Assembly (NCBI RefSeq): GCF_001194135.2
Contig: NC_068983.1
Location: forward strand, 89,676,386-89,740,385
Length of the DNA: 64,000 nt
Reading direction: 5' to 3'
From: Octopus bimaculoides
Lineage: Eukaryota
In this document: in pieces, positions 38,001 through 51,100 of the stretch
Layout: the number at the start of each line of letters is the position of its first letter
Numbering within the stretch: position 1 is the first letter of the stretch
Made by a program: the position numbers and the translations under genes
Notes under the pieces: model-generated
Seen by the model: only the letters and a program-made list of their open reading frames with translations
What the model was told of the DNA's origin: nothing
Database searches by the model: none

Positions 38001-39000
38001 TGTCACAACTTTTCCTGCCAACAAACTATTTATTATTTTTTTTTGCTTGTTCCATTTTCCTATCATTCTAGTTTTGCAGTGTGATTTTGCATGTCCTGTA
38101 AACCTGCAGCGAAAACACTTTGCTTTTTTATACAGACAATCTTTTTCCATGTGCATCCCACCACATGCCATATATATGTCTACATCCCGATATCTTTTCT
38201 GTTTTTCCTGCAACACTTTATTTGTCTTCCAACTTTTTTGCACTAGTCCTTTGTGAAAACACTCTTTCTGTTGAATTTCTTCCGTGTCGTGTCTTAATTT
38301 TAATATCATGTAACACTCTTCTGACAGTTTCTGCAATGTCAAATCCTGGTTCATTTCCAGTTTGCTAGAATTTTCGTTCGGATTTCTGCATTCCTTTCAT
38401 CTGTCAATCCTTGTGAAAAAATCAAACACTTGAAAGAATGCATATTTAGCCTAAATCTCTCACATTCTTTGTTGACTCTGCCTGTGTAAGTAGTGAAATC
38501 TTCATCTTCGTTCTTTTCTATGTTTAAACATTTCTATCAAGTATTAAACAATGAGCTCTTTTCACTAAACATTTTGCACAAAATGTCAACTGTGTCGGTG
38601 AAATGTATGTCGAGTTATTTAATTTTCCACATGAATTAGTATAAACTCTCCATGTGAATGGTTTTCTTTTCACTTCGTGTAAATTTGTTTTTCCTCGTCC
38701 ACTATTATAAAGTGGTTCCTCCCAATGTTGTGATGTGTGACTGTTGTTGTACTATAGTTGCTGTTTTATGCTAGTAGCCACAGTAGTTACTAGCCACTGG
38801 ATACTGTTGTATCTCTTCACACCAGAATAGTAATACACTAACTTCTGTCTTACTATCACTGATAGCTCCACAAGATACTGACTAGAACTATCAACTCTCA
38901 ACTCATTGACTCTCAACCCTCACTTGATGACCAGCTACTGGTCTATTTATAACGGCTCTCTCCTACCACTTTTTACCGGGAGGGGTATGCAGTTTCACTG
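35041..39000 (-). mobile_element. decayed Ty3/gypsy (Mag-like) element
   Basis: 5' LTR about 38703-39000 with TATAAATA; decayed PBS gtgg(cg)acgagg; zinc knuckles; protease LDMGSDIT; RT YLDDILI; RNase H YSQIEKEALAI; integrase; PPT aaatggggaga followed by TGTTATATA at 35041-35049. Confidence 0.9.
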
Positions 39001-39175
39001 TACAACAATAACATACAGAAAATAGTGCTACAAGGCACCACGCTCATCCAACATAAAGCACTTTCAATACAGTGAAAATAAAAACACCACAACAAACCAC
39101 AGCACATACCCAAAGCACACAGAGCTGCGCTCTGTAGTGCAGTGAAAGCACGTGATAAAAATAAGACTACTGAAT
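39001..39175 (+). mobile_element. older Dong/R4 family-C 3' end
   Basis: NIQKIVLQGT...ALSIQ* plus the family-C 3' UTR; (AAT)n tail. Confidence 0.75.
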
Positions 39176-39212
39176 AATAACAACAATATCAATAACAACA
39201 ATGATAATAATG

Positions 39213-39275
<63 letters not shown>

Positions 39276-40430
39276 GCACTGGAATCCTGAAGTGGATAGA
39301 GGAGGAGCTAAAGTAGATAGACGGAGTCAAGAAAGCTCCTAATGATGCATGGAGCCCATCATCCACATGCAGACACTGATCACCTATACATGAAGAGAGC
39401 AAATGGAGGAAGGGTTCCGATAAATGTAGAAGACTGCATGCATATTAAACTTGAGAGCTTAATGAGATACCTAGCCCAAAGTAAAGAAACTTTGCTAGTG
39501 ACAGTTAGGAACGACAGAGTACTGAGAGCAGAAATAAAAGGGAAAACAAAGAAAGAAGTAGAAAAAGGACATGAAGAAGAATTATGCAAAAATGGGACTA
39601 CACAATCAATTCCATATAGCCACAACAGAAGTTGCTGGAAAAAATAGGTGGGATTGGCTGACGAAAGGAACCCTAAAAAAAGAGACCAAAAGTACTATAC
39701 TGGCAATGCAAGACCCAGCTTTGGCCATGAACTGGAGGGTCACTCTTAGGAATGCGCAAGTGTCTCTGCTGTGTCACATCTGCAATAGAGTGGAAGAAAC
39801 TATTACCCATATCACGAACGAATGCCTTGGACTTGCTACCAGTTGTGGTGACATGACCAGGTAACGAAAGTGCTACATTGGAAACTGTGCAAAAAGGGGG
39901 TAGCTAGAGAGAGACAAGACATGGTATGAGCACAGACTACAGAGAGTGGCAGAGTCAGAGATTAACAAAATTCTCTGGGATTTTCCAGTCCAAACAGATC
40001 AGTCCAAACAGATCAGGCATAACAGACCGGACCTAGTGGACAAGGTGCATCACATGATTTACAGTTGATGATGCATGCCTCTTTGACCCATGAATAGTCA
40101 AGAAGGAAGACAAAAAGATAGATAGATAGATACAATTCTCCTAAGTACAAAATAGCCCAGCTATAGAAAATGAAGAAGGTGAAGAAGGTGAGGTGCCAAT
40201 TAAAGTTGGATCCTTGGCAACAGTATCAGAAGACATCAAGAGGAATATAGAGGAAATTGGAATAGAGTGGCCAGTAGAACTGTTACAAAAGGTTTGCTGC
40301 CTTGGCACAGCCAAAATAATCAGGAAAGTATTAAATAGCTGAAAAGAACGAATAGCATGGTATCATAGGTTACAGGTACTAAGCCCACTGTGCATGCAAG
40401 ACTCCAGGAGCTCCAACAAAACCTGTGACA
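39276..40430 (+). mobile_element. Dong/R4-like RLE LINE (family B)
   Basis: Homologous to 26590-27725; flanked by (AAT)n. Confidence 0.88.
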
Positions 40431-40444
40431 AAGAGAAAATGATG

Positions 40445-40502
<58 letters not shown>

Positions 40503-40897
40503 GATCATGAAGAAAAAAAATGCTTTCTAATTGATGTATCAATACCAGCAGATGACAACGTTTCTCTAAAAGAAATGGAAAAACTTTCAAAATACAAAGA
40601 CCTGGAAATAGAGATAACTCGAATGTGGAGTCTAAAAACAGAAACAATTACTATCATAGTAGGTGCCTTAGGTATAATAAAAAAATATTCAGACAAATAC
40701 ATAACAAAAACACCAGGACTTACAAATATATATAACATACAGAAAATTGCACTACTGGGTACTGCACACATTCTACGCAAAACACTTTCAATACAGTAAA
40801 CATAAGAGCACCACAGCAAACCACAGCACATACCCAAGGCGCACAGAGCTGCGCTCGGTAGTGAAGTGAAAGCACATTATAAAAATAAAACTACTGA
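40503..40897 (+). mobile_element. Dong/R4-like RLE LINE 3' end (family C), young
   Basis: Open frame LIDVSIPADD...EKLSKYKDLEIEI...; flanked by (AAT)n. Confidence 0.9.
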
Positions 40898-40914
40898 ACA
40901 ATAATAATAATAAT

Positions 40915-41366
40915 TATGGTTTCAAGTTTTGCAACAAGGGCAGCCATTTTAGGGGAGGGGATAAGTCTATCACATCAATCCCAGTGTTTCATTGGTACTT
41001 AACTTATTGACACTGAAAAGATATGAAAGGCAAAGTCAACCTTGGCAAAATTTGAAGTCAGAGCGTAGTGACAGGTGAAATACAGCGAAGCATTTCATCC
41101 AGCATGCTAACAATTCTACCAGCTTGCTTCCTTAATAGTAATGATAAAAATAATCCTTTCTACTAAAGGCATAAGGCCTGAAATTTGGTGGGAGGGGATA
41201 AGTCAATTATGACAACCCCAGTGTTTCTCTGATACTTAATTTATTGACATTAAAAGGATGAAAAGAAAAGTTGACCTTGGCAGAATTTGAACTCAGACTG
41301 TGCAGATGGACGAAATGCCACTAAGCATTTTACTCAGCACGCTAATGACTCTGCCAGCTTGCCACT

Positions 41367-41370
<4 letters not shown>
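40915..41370 (-). mobile_element. two tandem Deu/Nin-like SINEs
   Basis: Copies at about 40915-41135 and 41150-41370, homologous to 23858-24062. Confidence 0.8.
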
Positions 41371-41419
<49 letters not shown>

Positions 41420-42320
41420 CTTTGGGAATAGTAGGATGAAAGATTGCAAAGATAAAGCACTGTACAAGCAATTGAAAATGCTTGAAACTGAAAATAGGTG
41501 GGTAAAGAAAAGAATGCACAGACAATTTCATAGGGATGTTGAAGATAAGGCAGACAGAGAAAAAAGATGGCTGTGGATGACTAACCTGTGGCTCTAATCT
41601 GTGCTGCCCAAGAGCAAGCATTAAGAACAAACTACATAAAATACAGAACAGACAACACATCAGAAAGTGATAAGTGCGGAATTTGTGGACAAAATGTGAA
41701 ACCGTATGGCATATTACCAGCCAATGTATGCCACTAGCCCAGAAGGAATATAAGAAACACCATGACAATATAGCAAGGCTTGTCCATTGGACACTTTGTT
41801 ACTAGTATGGACTTGACAGAGTAAAAAATTAGTACAACCACAAACCCGATGGCATCATCAAAAATGATAATGCAAGGATCCTCTGGGATTTTATGATTCA
41901 GTGCGACCATGAAATAGAGAATAGGAAGACAGACAGTCTTAATTGAGAAAGAAACCAAACTATGCTGGATCATAGATATAGCATGCCCAGCTGACAACAA
42001 GGTATGCAATAAGAAAGAAAGAAAAGTTGATAGGTATGACAGGTTAGCTTGAAAGGTAAAGCAGTTGTGGTCAATGAAAAGGTGGTAGTGGTACCAATAA
42101 TTGTCAGAGCTTCGGGAACAGTGAGTAAAAATCTCGAGAAGTACATGGAACAAATAGGGGCTGCAATAAGGGCGGAGCACTTGCAGAAAATAGCACTGCT
42201 TGGAACAGATCGAATACTCCAGAAGGTGGTCGAAAAATAAGAGGTGTTACCTTAGTTCATTGGTAGTGAACAGCTGACATCATAGCACATCTCCAGCATT
42301 AGAAGCTGTGCAAAGGCAAT
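41420..42320 (+). mobile_element. Dong/R4-like RLE LINE (family A)
   Basis: Highly similar to 18540-19429; (AAT)n on both sides. Confidence 0.9.
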
Positions 42321-42899
42321 AATAATAATAATAATATCCAACCCATGCTAGCATGACCGTTACACATAAAAAAAATACAGTTTCATTAATATACAGAAAT
42401 AAATTCAACACGTTGAAAGAAACGAGAAGTAAAAGGAATTAAGTTTCTACATTAATTTATTATATACATATTTTTACATTTATAGAAATTTAGAAACAAA
42501 GCATTTCATCATAGAGAACTTATGACTTAAATTTATTATTAACTAGTTTCTCATTCTAACTAATAAGGTTTCACGACAATTCAATATTGTCAGGTTTGAG
42601 TATTGAACATGGCATATATATTAGCCTATACTCAAAAGGGTGAGTGTCGCAGACTTGAGTAACATCCAACGATCACTGGAGCTTTTGCCGAAAATCAGGG
42701 TTTTTATAACTACTCATACACGAATCATAGAACCGTAACTCCGTGAAAGATTTCTTCAACGAAGTTCATAATTCGTATATGAGCAGTAATTTTTAACCAA
42801 TGAGAAATCAATAATTTCTCATGTTCGGACAAACGAACTTACATTCTCTCTCCGCCTCTTATGAGTTCGCTACACAAGCAATCATCATTATAGACTCAG

Positions 42900-44815
42900 C
42901 TGACAGATGGATCCATCCCACAGGCGACAGGGTCAGCAATGCCCGGACACTGAATGAGGGCATGCAGAACAGTTTCATCGTGCTCTGGTAGCCTGTCTGA
43001 CAGCACATCCATGCCTGTAGAGTTTATCTTGAACTAGTAGCACCTCCTGGTAGCACTGCCAGGCCAAAGATATCTGGAAATTATACATAACAGTCCCCAA
43101 CTGGAAAATCCTCCAGAATAGACTAGCCAGTTCATCTTCATCAATATCTAGAGTCTCTCTGAAGATGTCACACTTCCCCGTTATTAATCCTCTGGAAATA
43201 TCTAAAGTGGAATGTTCACTGATCCTGTTGCCTGTCTTGTAGAGGACAGTGAGTGCCAGGCACCCAGTCTCATCCTATTCTTTACTTAGTACTGCAGCTC
43301 TGTCAAAGAGATGAGCTACAGAAAGGCATGTCTCACAAACAGAGAACACACATTCACCATCTAGAAATCATTGCAGGTGGCACAACCTGAGTGCGTGTCT
43401 GCACATCAAAAGCCATGGCATGCCTAAGCCACCATGCAGAGGGAGTTGGCAGCAGACCAACCACCTGACCATTGGAACGCATCCCTTCCTCAAGAAAATA
43501 AACAGGATGCACTCCAATCTAATTAAGCAGTAACTAGAGCAAGGCATGGTGGACAGATGATAAATGATGACAGAGGTAATGTAGGCATTCACCACCTCTG
43601 ACCAACCTTTCAAGGACAACTTTCTCTCAGCCCATTTCAGGGTAAGACAGGCTACCCTGTTCATTACCTCTTCTCTATCCTTATCCACCAAAACGAAACC
43701 AAACCAGGCCCCGACCAGTTCAACTGGTCCGTCAATCCAGCGTCCAATGGCATCAATCTGCTTCTCCAGGTGCCCAGTTGCAATCCCACCAATTTGTCAG
43801 CATTGATTTTGGCCCCTGCAACTGACTCACATTCCTTTACAATGGAGCTGACTGTCTCCACTTTGAAGGCATCCAACAACATGACTATGACGTCGTCTAC
43901 ATACTGCCCTCCCAAGTCCAATTTCGAATGTGCAATACTAAACATGCACCGATAGGTGGCCATTTACTTTGACCACCGAAAAGGTGCTGCTGGGCATTGC
44001 AGCAATCCAGCTTCTGAAAATGGGCCAGAAACCATCCGCTTTAAGGACAGCTTCCAAGTAGGGATGATCAACCCTATTGAAAGCTTTCAAGTGATCTAAA
44101 TTGATCAGGGCCTCACCAAAACCAGCTTAGTCCAGCCCTCTCTACAATGGTGAAGGTTGTCATGGATAGACTTGCTCAGGATTGCACACATTTGTGCCTC
44201 TCCAACCAGACTACCAACAACAAGTGCCAACCTTTTCACTAATACCTTGGCCAAAATCTTAAACTCTGTGTTCATCAGAGTTATGTGCCAAAAATTCAGT
44301 GTTACCACATCCCAGCTAACACTAGGAATTCTCCTGTTCTGCTGCCACTTATTGTAGAGATCTGCCAAGAGGCTACCAAACAAATCTTTCATCAAAACAT
44401 AAAATTGTAGGGCAGACCATGCAAACCGGGTGATTTGTGACTTGTGCAATCGCACATCACCTCCCATATTTTAGTGACTGTAATCAGCTTTTCACAGAAT
44501 CTTGCGTACGTTACTGAGGGCCATGGTAGGCCGTCCAGGTATGAAGTAAAATCCGCTACTATCGTCGACCCATCACCCTCCCCAAACAGCCACACAAAGT
44601 GCTGCTGGAAAGCTGTACACATCTGCTCAGAACCAAGTAGTATGCGTCAATCCTGATCTGTCAAAGACTTGATTGTGGTTTTCTTTCCACGTCACGTCTC
44701 TACTGTTTGGGCCCATCAGATGGCATTAGTTCCTTCATGTTTTAGCTCATGGGCCTTAGCACTGACAATACACCCTTTGTGTTTTGCCTGAAAGAAATGA
44801 TCAAGGGCCATTCTC
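42900..44815 (-). mobile_element. Tx1/L1-like ORF2 3' part (RT and C-terminus), decayed
   Basis: KSPGLHGLP, ITLMNTEFKILAKVL, QYVDDV, GGLGMP motifs. Confidence 0.85.
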
Positions 44816-44819
44816 ACCG

Positions 44820-45063
44820 TGGAGATGGAAAGAAAGAAGAAAAAAGAAGCATAAAAGTTCACGGTTCAACTTTCCGAAGTCATAAAAACAAGAGCATGAG
44901 TCCTTAGGTGCAATCCTGCATAGATCCATGAGCGTAAGTCCTTAGGTGCAATCCTGCATACATCCATGAGTGTAAGTCCTATGCAGGATTGCACCTAAGG
45001 ATTTATGCTCATGGATCTATGCAGGATTGCACCTAAGGACTTACACTCATGGATCTATGCAGG
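44820..45063. repeat. truncated copy of the 38-bp-unit foldback element
   Basis: Unit gtccttaggtgcaatcctgcatagatccatgagtgtaa twice forward, then inverted; leader shared with 58678-58755. Confidence 0.9.
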
Positions 45064-45069
45064 TAGCAG

Positions 45070-45710
45070 TTTATGTCCCAACAGGGGCTGGAAGGCCAGA
45101 TTTCTTCAGACATCTAGAAACATTCTTGGGAACGTCTTGCACTTTAGTACTAGTGGGGGACTAGCATAGTATTTTGGGCGCATGGAAGGACTGTGTGGGT
45201 TTAGTACATAGTAGAAGGGCGTATAAAAGCCTCAAAACTTGCTCAGGACTTTCCAGCTTTCTGACAGGTACCAACTGGATTTCCTTGATGTGCCAGTGTG
45301 GACATGGAGCAACCACAGCGGGTCATGCAGATCGTATTTAGATAAAGTATTTGTTAGGTTAGAGGATAGGGATAGCATAGGTTGTCCACAATTTAAATTG
45401 GTTAGCTACACAAATCACAAATTTGTGATATTCTGAGTCAATTTAGATAGGACCCCGTTATTGGAAGTTGAATGCATCCTTTCTGGCTCACAAAGACTAC
45501 AGGGACCAGATTAGTGAACTAGTCAAGTGGCAGTTAGTGGGAGCCATTGTCAACAACTGGTGGTGGATTGCTCTGAAGAAAGTGATTAGAGTAGAATTGA
45601 TAGTGTTTAGCAAAGATTTAGCAGTAGAAAAAAAATAGATTAGAGGGAGAAATTGCAAACTAGAAGAGACTATTAGTAAAGGCATCATGACAGCAATCCA
45701 ACTGTGGAAA
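45070..45710 (+). mobile_element. Tx1/L1-like APE endonuclease fragment
   Basis: LSDRYQLDF..VPVWTW..RSYLDKV, ..WKLNASFL; inverted relative to 46337-47113. Confidence 0.8.
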
Positions 45711-48700
45711 ACCATGTCTGCATTAAGCAGAGGGATGGGCCTAAAATTATCTAATATCTCTCCCTTGTTTGGATCCTTTCTTGGCAGTAGCACTGTACCT
45801 TGGCTCACAGATTTGGGAACTTTCTCATTCTGTTGCCAGTTGCAGTAGATATCTGCCAAGAGGCTTGCAAACAAATCTGGTATACTAGAGCAGACCATCT
45901 AATCTCAGTGATTTGCTCTCTGTGCAGCCCATTATCTCATCCCACATTTCCTCAATTGTCATCGGCCTTTTACAACACTCTGCAGCTCTTGCTGAGAGTC
46001 ATGGCAGGCCATCGAGGTAGGCAGTGAAATCCATCCTGTGATCTGGCCCACCATTTGTCCTGAACAATTCAGCAAAATGCTACTGAAAAGCCACACACAT
46101 CTGCCCTGGCTCATTCACCGTGCACCCATTTTGGTCCCCCAAAGACTGAATGGTGTTTTTGTTGCCAATTTGTGCTTCAGGCACCTGGGCCCATCGGGCA
46201 GCTTTGGTTCCCTCTTGTCTCAGAGCATGTGCCTTAGCTCTGACAATACAACCTCCATGCTTGACGTTGAAGTGTTCATCGAGGGCTAACCTTACTGCCA
46301 GCACATCAGTTACAATGCCTTTCTTAAGCACCTATTCTAATTTCTCACTAAATCACCCTCTAATCTATTTCTTTCTACAGCTAAAACTTTGCTAAATCTA
46401 ACCGATTCTACTTTGATGGCCCTTTTTAGGTTATACCACCATTTATTGTTGATGATTGCTCCCGTCAAAACTTTCTGAACTAACTCTCTAACCTGGTCTC
46501 TGTAAGCTTGGCATACCAGGAGTGATTTATTCAGCTTCCAGTTGTCAGGGCCCTGTCTATGTATGTTATCTAAGTTGACCTTACAGGTCACCAATTTATG
46601 ATCAGTGTAGCCAACGATTTGAAACTGTGGACAACTAATACTATCCCTATCTAAATACCTGTAAAATACTCTATCTGGGTACGATCTGGATGTTCCGATG
46701 CAGTTTGCCCATGTCCACATTGGCACATTTGGGAAATCCAGTTGGTATCTGTCAGATAGTTGAAAGTGTCTGAGCAAGTTTGCGAGGCTTTTGCAACCCC
46801 CTTTCCTATCTGCTAGCCCCACACAATCCAATTGTGCATCTAAAATGGCGTTCAAATTACCCGCTAACACTACAGATAGGGATGTGCCTGGGAAGACCTC
46901 CAAATGCCAGAAATATTCTGGCTGTTCTGCACCTGTCAGTGCGTAAACAGCCACCAGTCTGAAGGCCCCACTGTTACTACCATTAACATCCAGGACCACC
47001 AGCTTACCTTCTGGGTTCAAGAAGACTGACCTTATTTTGAGATCCAGACCTTTCTGAAACAATACCACAGTACCCCCACCTACATGGAGATGCATAGATC
47101 TTGTAGTTATCAAAAATGAGCATGAAAGCTCACAGTTCAGCTAGTCTGGATTTAGTAATAGCTATTACATCTCCTTGTAACCTGAGGTTGTTGAGTAGGT
47201 CATCTTGTTTCCAAGGGGATCCCAGGCCACATATATTTATGCAATGTATTTTGAGTATGACCATTTAAGTGGCTGGTAAGGAGAAAAAGGAAAGGACTAC
47301 TTACCGTTGGCACTCTGGAGTGGGAGTGTAGCAGATGTCCCGCTCCTTAAGTGGAATGTGGTGGTCTCCATGACCAACGATTTATAGAGGCTCCAGGGCA
47401 CTTTTGTGTTGAAGCCTCCAACTGCCTGTAGAAATTTGGATTTTATGTTGCTGTATGTATGTTGTTGATGTTCGAAGTATCTGTATGTGTGTTGGTGATG
47501 TGTCAACTATGGGGGAAACAAAGTCAGTCATTTTGATGTCTGTATTTTTCTTTATGTATAATAGTAAATTTTGTGTTGTCTGTGTTTATGGCAGTGAGTT
47601 TTGTGATGTTTTTGTTGTTTTCGTTTACTTTATGTGTTGACTCTGTTGTGCCTTATACTGTTGGCTATGTCTATGGTGTTGGTAGTGGTGGTGTTGATGA
47701 AGGTGTTGGAAGCATGGGTGTTGGTGTGTTGTTGCTGTTGTTATTTTGGGGTGATTTTGATTGCTTTTTTTGGTGGGTGCAGCTTCTTTATTTGTTGGTA
47801 TACTGTTGTGCCTTTTTCTTAGTCTTTTACATGTGACTTCTGTCCACTCAATTCTGTCAGCCTCTCCACACGACATGTCTGAGTGGTCAGAGTCAGGAAG
47901 GGGTAGTTCCAGAGGGTTGAAATTTACTGATGCTTTTTGTTCCTCTGACAAGAGCTGCATTGTTGGTGTTTTTGTAGGCGATGTGGTGGTGGTTGTTATC
48001 AGTGCCTCTGTTGTTGTTGGCATTGTTGTCTCTTGTGTAGTTGTTGGTGGTGGTGTTTTTGCTGGAGCCCTCTCTGCCTTCTTTTCTTGGGGTTTCTTCT
48101 CTTGTTGGGATTGCTTCTGTAGTTAGGGTTGCTTCAGTTGTTGTGGTGTGGGTGATGCTTGTATCAAGAAGGGGATAGTGCCCTCCTTCTGTTTTAGTTG
48201 TGGGAAGAAGGCTTTCAGATGGTTATTCTGTCTGCATTGGTAACATCTTGGCTTTCTGCCCACAACTGTGACGTTCAGCATAGTGCCATCTGGAAGGCTG
48301 AGATAGTCAGGAATTTGTTCCAAAATATCTTGTTTTATTTGGACCATTATTTGCAATTCCTGACCAGTCCAGTTGTTTTTTCCTTGTTTCTCAACTTGGA
48401 TGATTCTGATTTTATCTTCCAAGTTGAGAACAGCTGCGACAATCCAGTAAGCATTCATTTCTGGTGTTATCTCCAGTATTTTCATCTTGGTGACACACCG
48501 TCCCAAGTATGTTGGAACTAGGACAAGTTCACTGTTTCTCAGTTGGGCTGTTGAGTGCAGTTTTGCTACGTCTTCTGTAGCAAACCTGACTTCAGTTGTG
48601 CCATATTTCTTACCCCTCAACAGATATTCTACATCTTTCGAAATGGGTTGCAGGCAGTTGAAAAATGTTTGCTTTGTGGCAGTTTCTAAAAGTCTATTTT

Positions 48701-49330
48701 TTAAAGATATAGCTTTGTACACTATGGTATGTTTGTTTGTATTGTCTATAATATCTGTAGGTGTGTTTATCAAAACACATCTTTCACTTTTTCTTTTTAA
48801 AATGTTTCTGTAGTCATTGAGAGTCTACAGAAATATTAATGAATTCATTTTTTGGTTTTGCCATTGAAGCAAAAGCTTGGCTGTTTAATGCATTGGGTTG
48901 TTGTTGTTATTGAGTGTTCAATGTGTTAGTGTTAGTGGTGGTAATGGGATGGCTTGGATTCACAGGTGTTGCAACACTAGCAGCATCGGTTAGCTGAATT
49001 TCTTTGCTCTTTTCCTCTTCTTTCTCGTGTTGCTTTTCTTTTTCCTTCTGTTGCTCAGCATTGCACATGCTAGCATAACTTTGGTCATCCCTCTCTCTGC
49101 CTTTTAAGGTGCAGAGTGGACAGAGGCAATTAATTTTCAAATTTTTTTGGCTGTCTTCCAACAGCACATGCCATCAAAAGGAAAGGAAGAGCTGACACTC
49201 TTCTCCAAGGACATTTTTACAAATTTTAAAATTGAAAAATAAAAAACTGGAGAATTTAAATTGAAAATTTGCTCCAAAAGAGGAAAAGTCCCGCCTAACT
49301 GCTCAGCTCAGCAAGAACCCAGCTGGCCTG
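45711..49330 (-). mobile_element. Tx1/L1-like LINE 5' part: 5' UTR, ORF1 with zinc knuckle, APE, start of RT
   Basis: ORF1 KPRCYQCRQNNHL; APE FRLVAVYA, GNLNA, SRSYPDRV, TDHKLV, WKLNKSLL. Confidence 0.88.
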
Positions 49331-49449
49331 GCCACGAAAATGTCATTAAAAAATTTCAGATACAACAATATTAGCTGTAAAAATTGAACAAAAACTTACA
49401 GCTCATGAATACACATCCTTCCTCTTTGAAATCCATGAGCAGAGCCTAA

Positions 49450-49486
49450 ACAACAACAACAACAACAACAACAACAGCAGCAGCAG

Positions 49487-49518
<32 letters not shown>

Positions 49519-49537
49519 ACAATAATAATAATAATAA
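49450..49537. repeat. (CAA)n/(CAG)n/(AAT)n microsatellite
   Basis: Direct reading. Confidence 0.95.
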
Positions 49538-49561
49538 TTCTTTGTGATTTGAATAATTCAC

Positions 49562-49639
49562 CTCTGGAAACATGGATGTTGTTTTGTTTATCATCCTTAA
49601 ACAAACTTCATTCAGGGACCTTGTGAACAGGATGGATTC
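49562..49639 (-). CDS. candidate 78-nt exon (ESILFTRSLNEVCLRMINKTTSMFPE)
   Basis: Strong acceptor ttttcttcttgcttag, donor GAG|gtgaat, only frame 0 open. Confidence 0.45.
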
Positions 49640-49884
49640 CTAAGCAAGAAGAAAAATTCTTACTGGACAATACCAGAAAGGTCATGCATTGTTTATCTTG
49701 ATATGAGGTCACCATGTCGTGCACTCATCATTGTGATGCATGTACCTTGTGTACTCTAATCAGACAGGTTATCATAATGGGTGTATTGGACATCATACAT
49801 TTGTACCCCAGCATCACTTTGATGGCATGTGCTGCTCTCTCAATCAATAATAATAACAACAATAACAATAACAACAGAGTTCTT

Positions 49885-51100
49885 TATTCTTTATAATGGC
49901 AACTTAGAAACAACATAACAGTAAAGTACTAACAATACAGTAACAATCAAAATTAATAACCAAGCAGTGAGATGGGGGAGGTCTATAGATTCACTGCAAA
50001 ATATGCAACCTTCTCCCTATCCTCTTTCTCGGCCATCAGTCAATGCAAGTTTTCCACCATCTTGCTCTCTGTCCATTCTTCAATGTTGTTCAGCCACTCT
50101 CATTGTGGTCTTCTTATACCTATACAATGTGCTATGGTAGACATTAACCACTTTAAAAAGAATAAGGATACCCTAAGTCATCAAAGGTTTGAACAGAACC
50201 TATCATTCTGCCTACAACTTTCATAAATTTTAATTGAACATAGGAACTCCCCTGCCTCTCTCTCTTTTTCTTGCTCATTCTCTATGTCTGTCTGTCTGTC
50301 TCTCTCTTTCTCCCTTCATCTAATGCTAAGATGATAGTTTTATCATACTTTTCAATCTTTATTCACCATATCTTCCCCCTAACTACCAAACAAAGAAAAC
50401 ATTGCTTAAATTGTAATTGCCAAAGGAAGAAAAGCAGTCTTACTGATGAACTCAATTAAATTTGTCCTATATATGAAGGCAGCTGTTCAGACATAAGCAG
50501 ATGACAACTGTGCCATGGAGTAGTGTTTAGAGGACTCTTTTCTTATTTATACTGCATTCAGAAGTCACCTGGTTCACTGCACAGTCATGCAGTGTTTATA
50601 ACTTAACTCAAAATTTGTAGTATTTTGAACAAAAAAACTCTCCAACCCCAGCTACATGATCACTTGACCTGCCAGAAATAACTGTGTAGTCTTTCTTAAT
50701 TCATACCTAATCAGCTTTCTAAAAGAGAAATCTGTATTTTTTAGATATAGAATGTCTGCCTAATTGTCAGGATGACCATGTTAGGAAAATCATTCTTAGG
50801 GCAACACAGACACAACATAACAGCAAAGTACTATCAATACAGTAACAACCAAAATCCATAGCCAAGCAATGGGGTGGAGAGGCCTGTAGATTCATAGCAA
50901 GATATGCAACCATCTCCCTATCCTCTTTCTCAGTCATCAGTCAGTCTAGGTTTTCCACCATCTTGCTCTCTGTCCATTCTTTGATGCTGTTCAACCGCCC
51001 CGCCCCCATTGTAGTCTTCCTATACCTTTATACTTATACAATGTTTTATGTATATGATAGACACTAGCCACTTAGAAAAGAATAAAGTTTCCCCATGTCA
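49885..51100. repeat. two diverged ~300-bp direct repeats (49885-50180, 50788-51100), family unknown
   Basis: Shared caacataacag.aaagtact...tttccaccatcttgctctctgtccattc... Confidence 0.8.
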
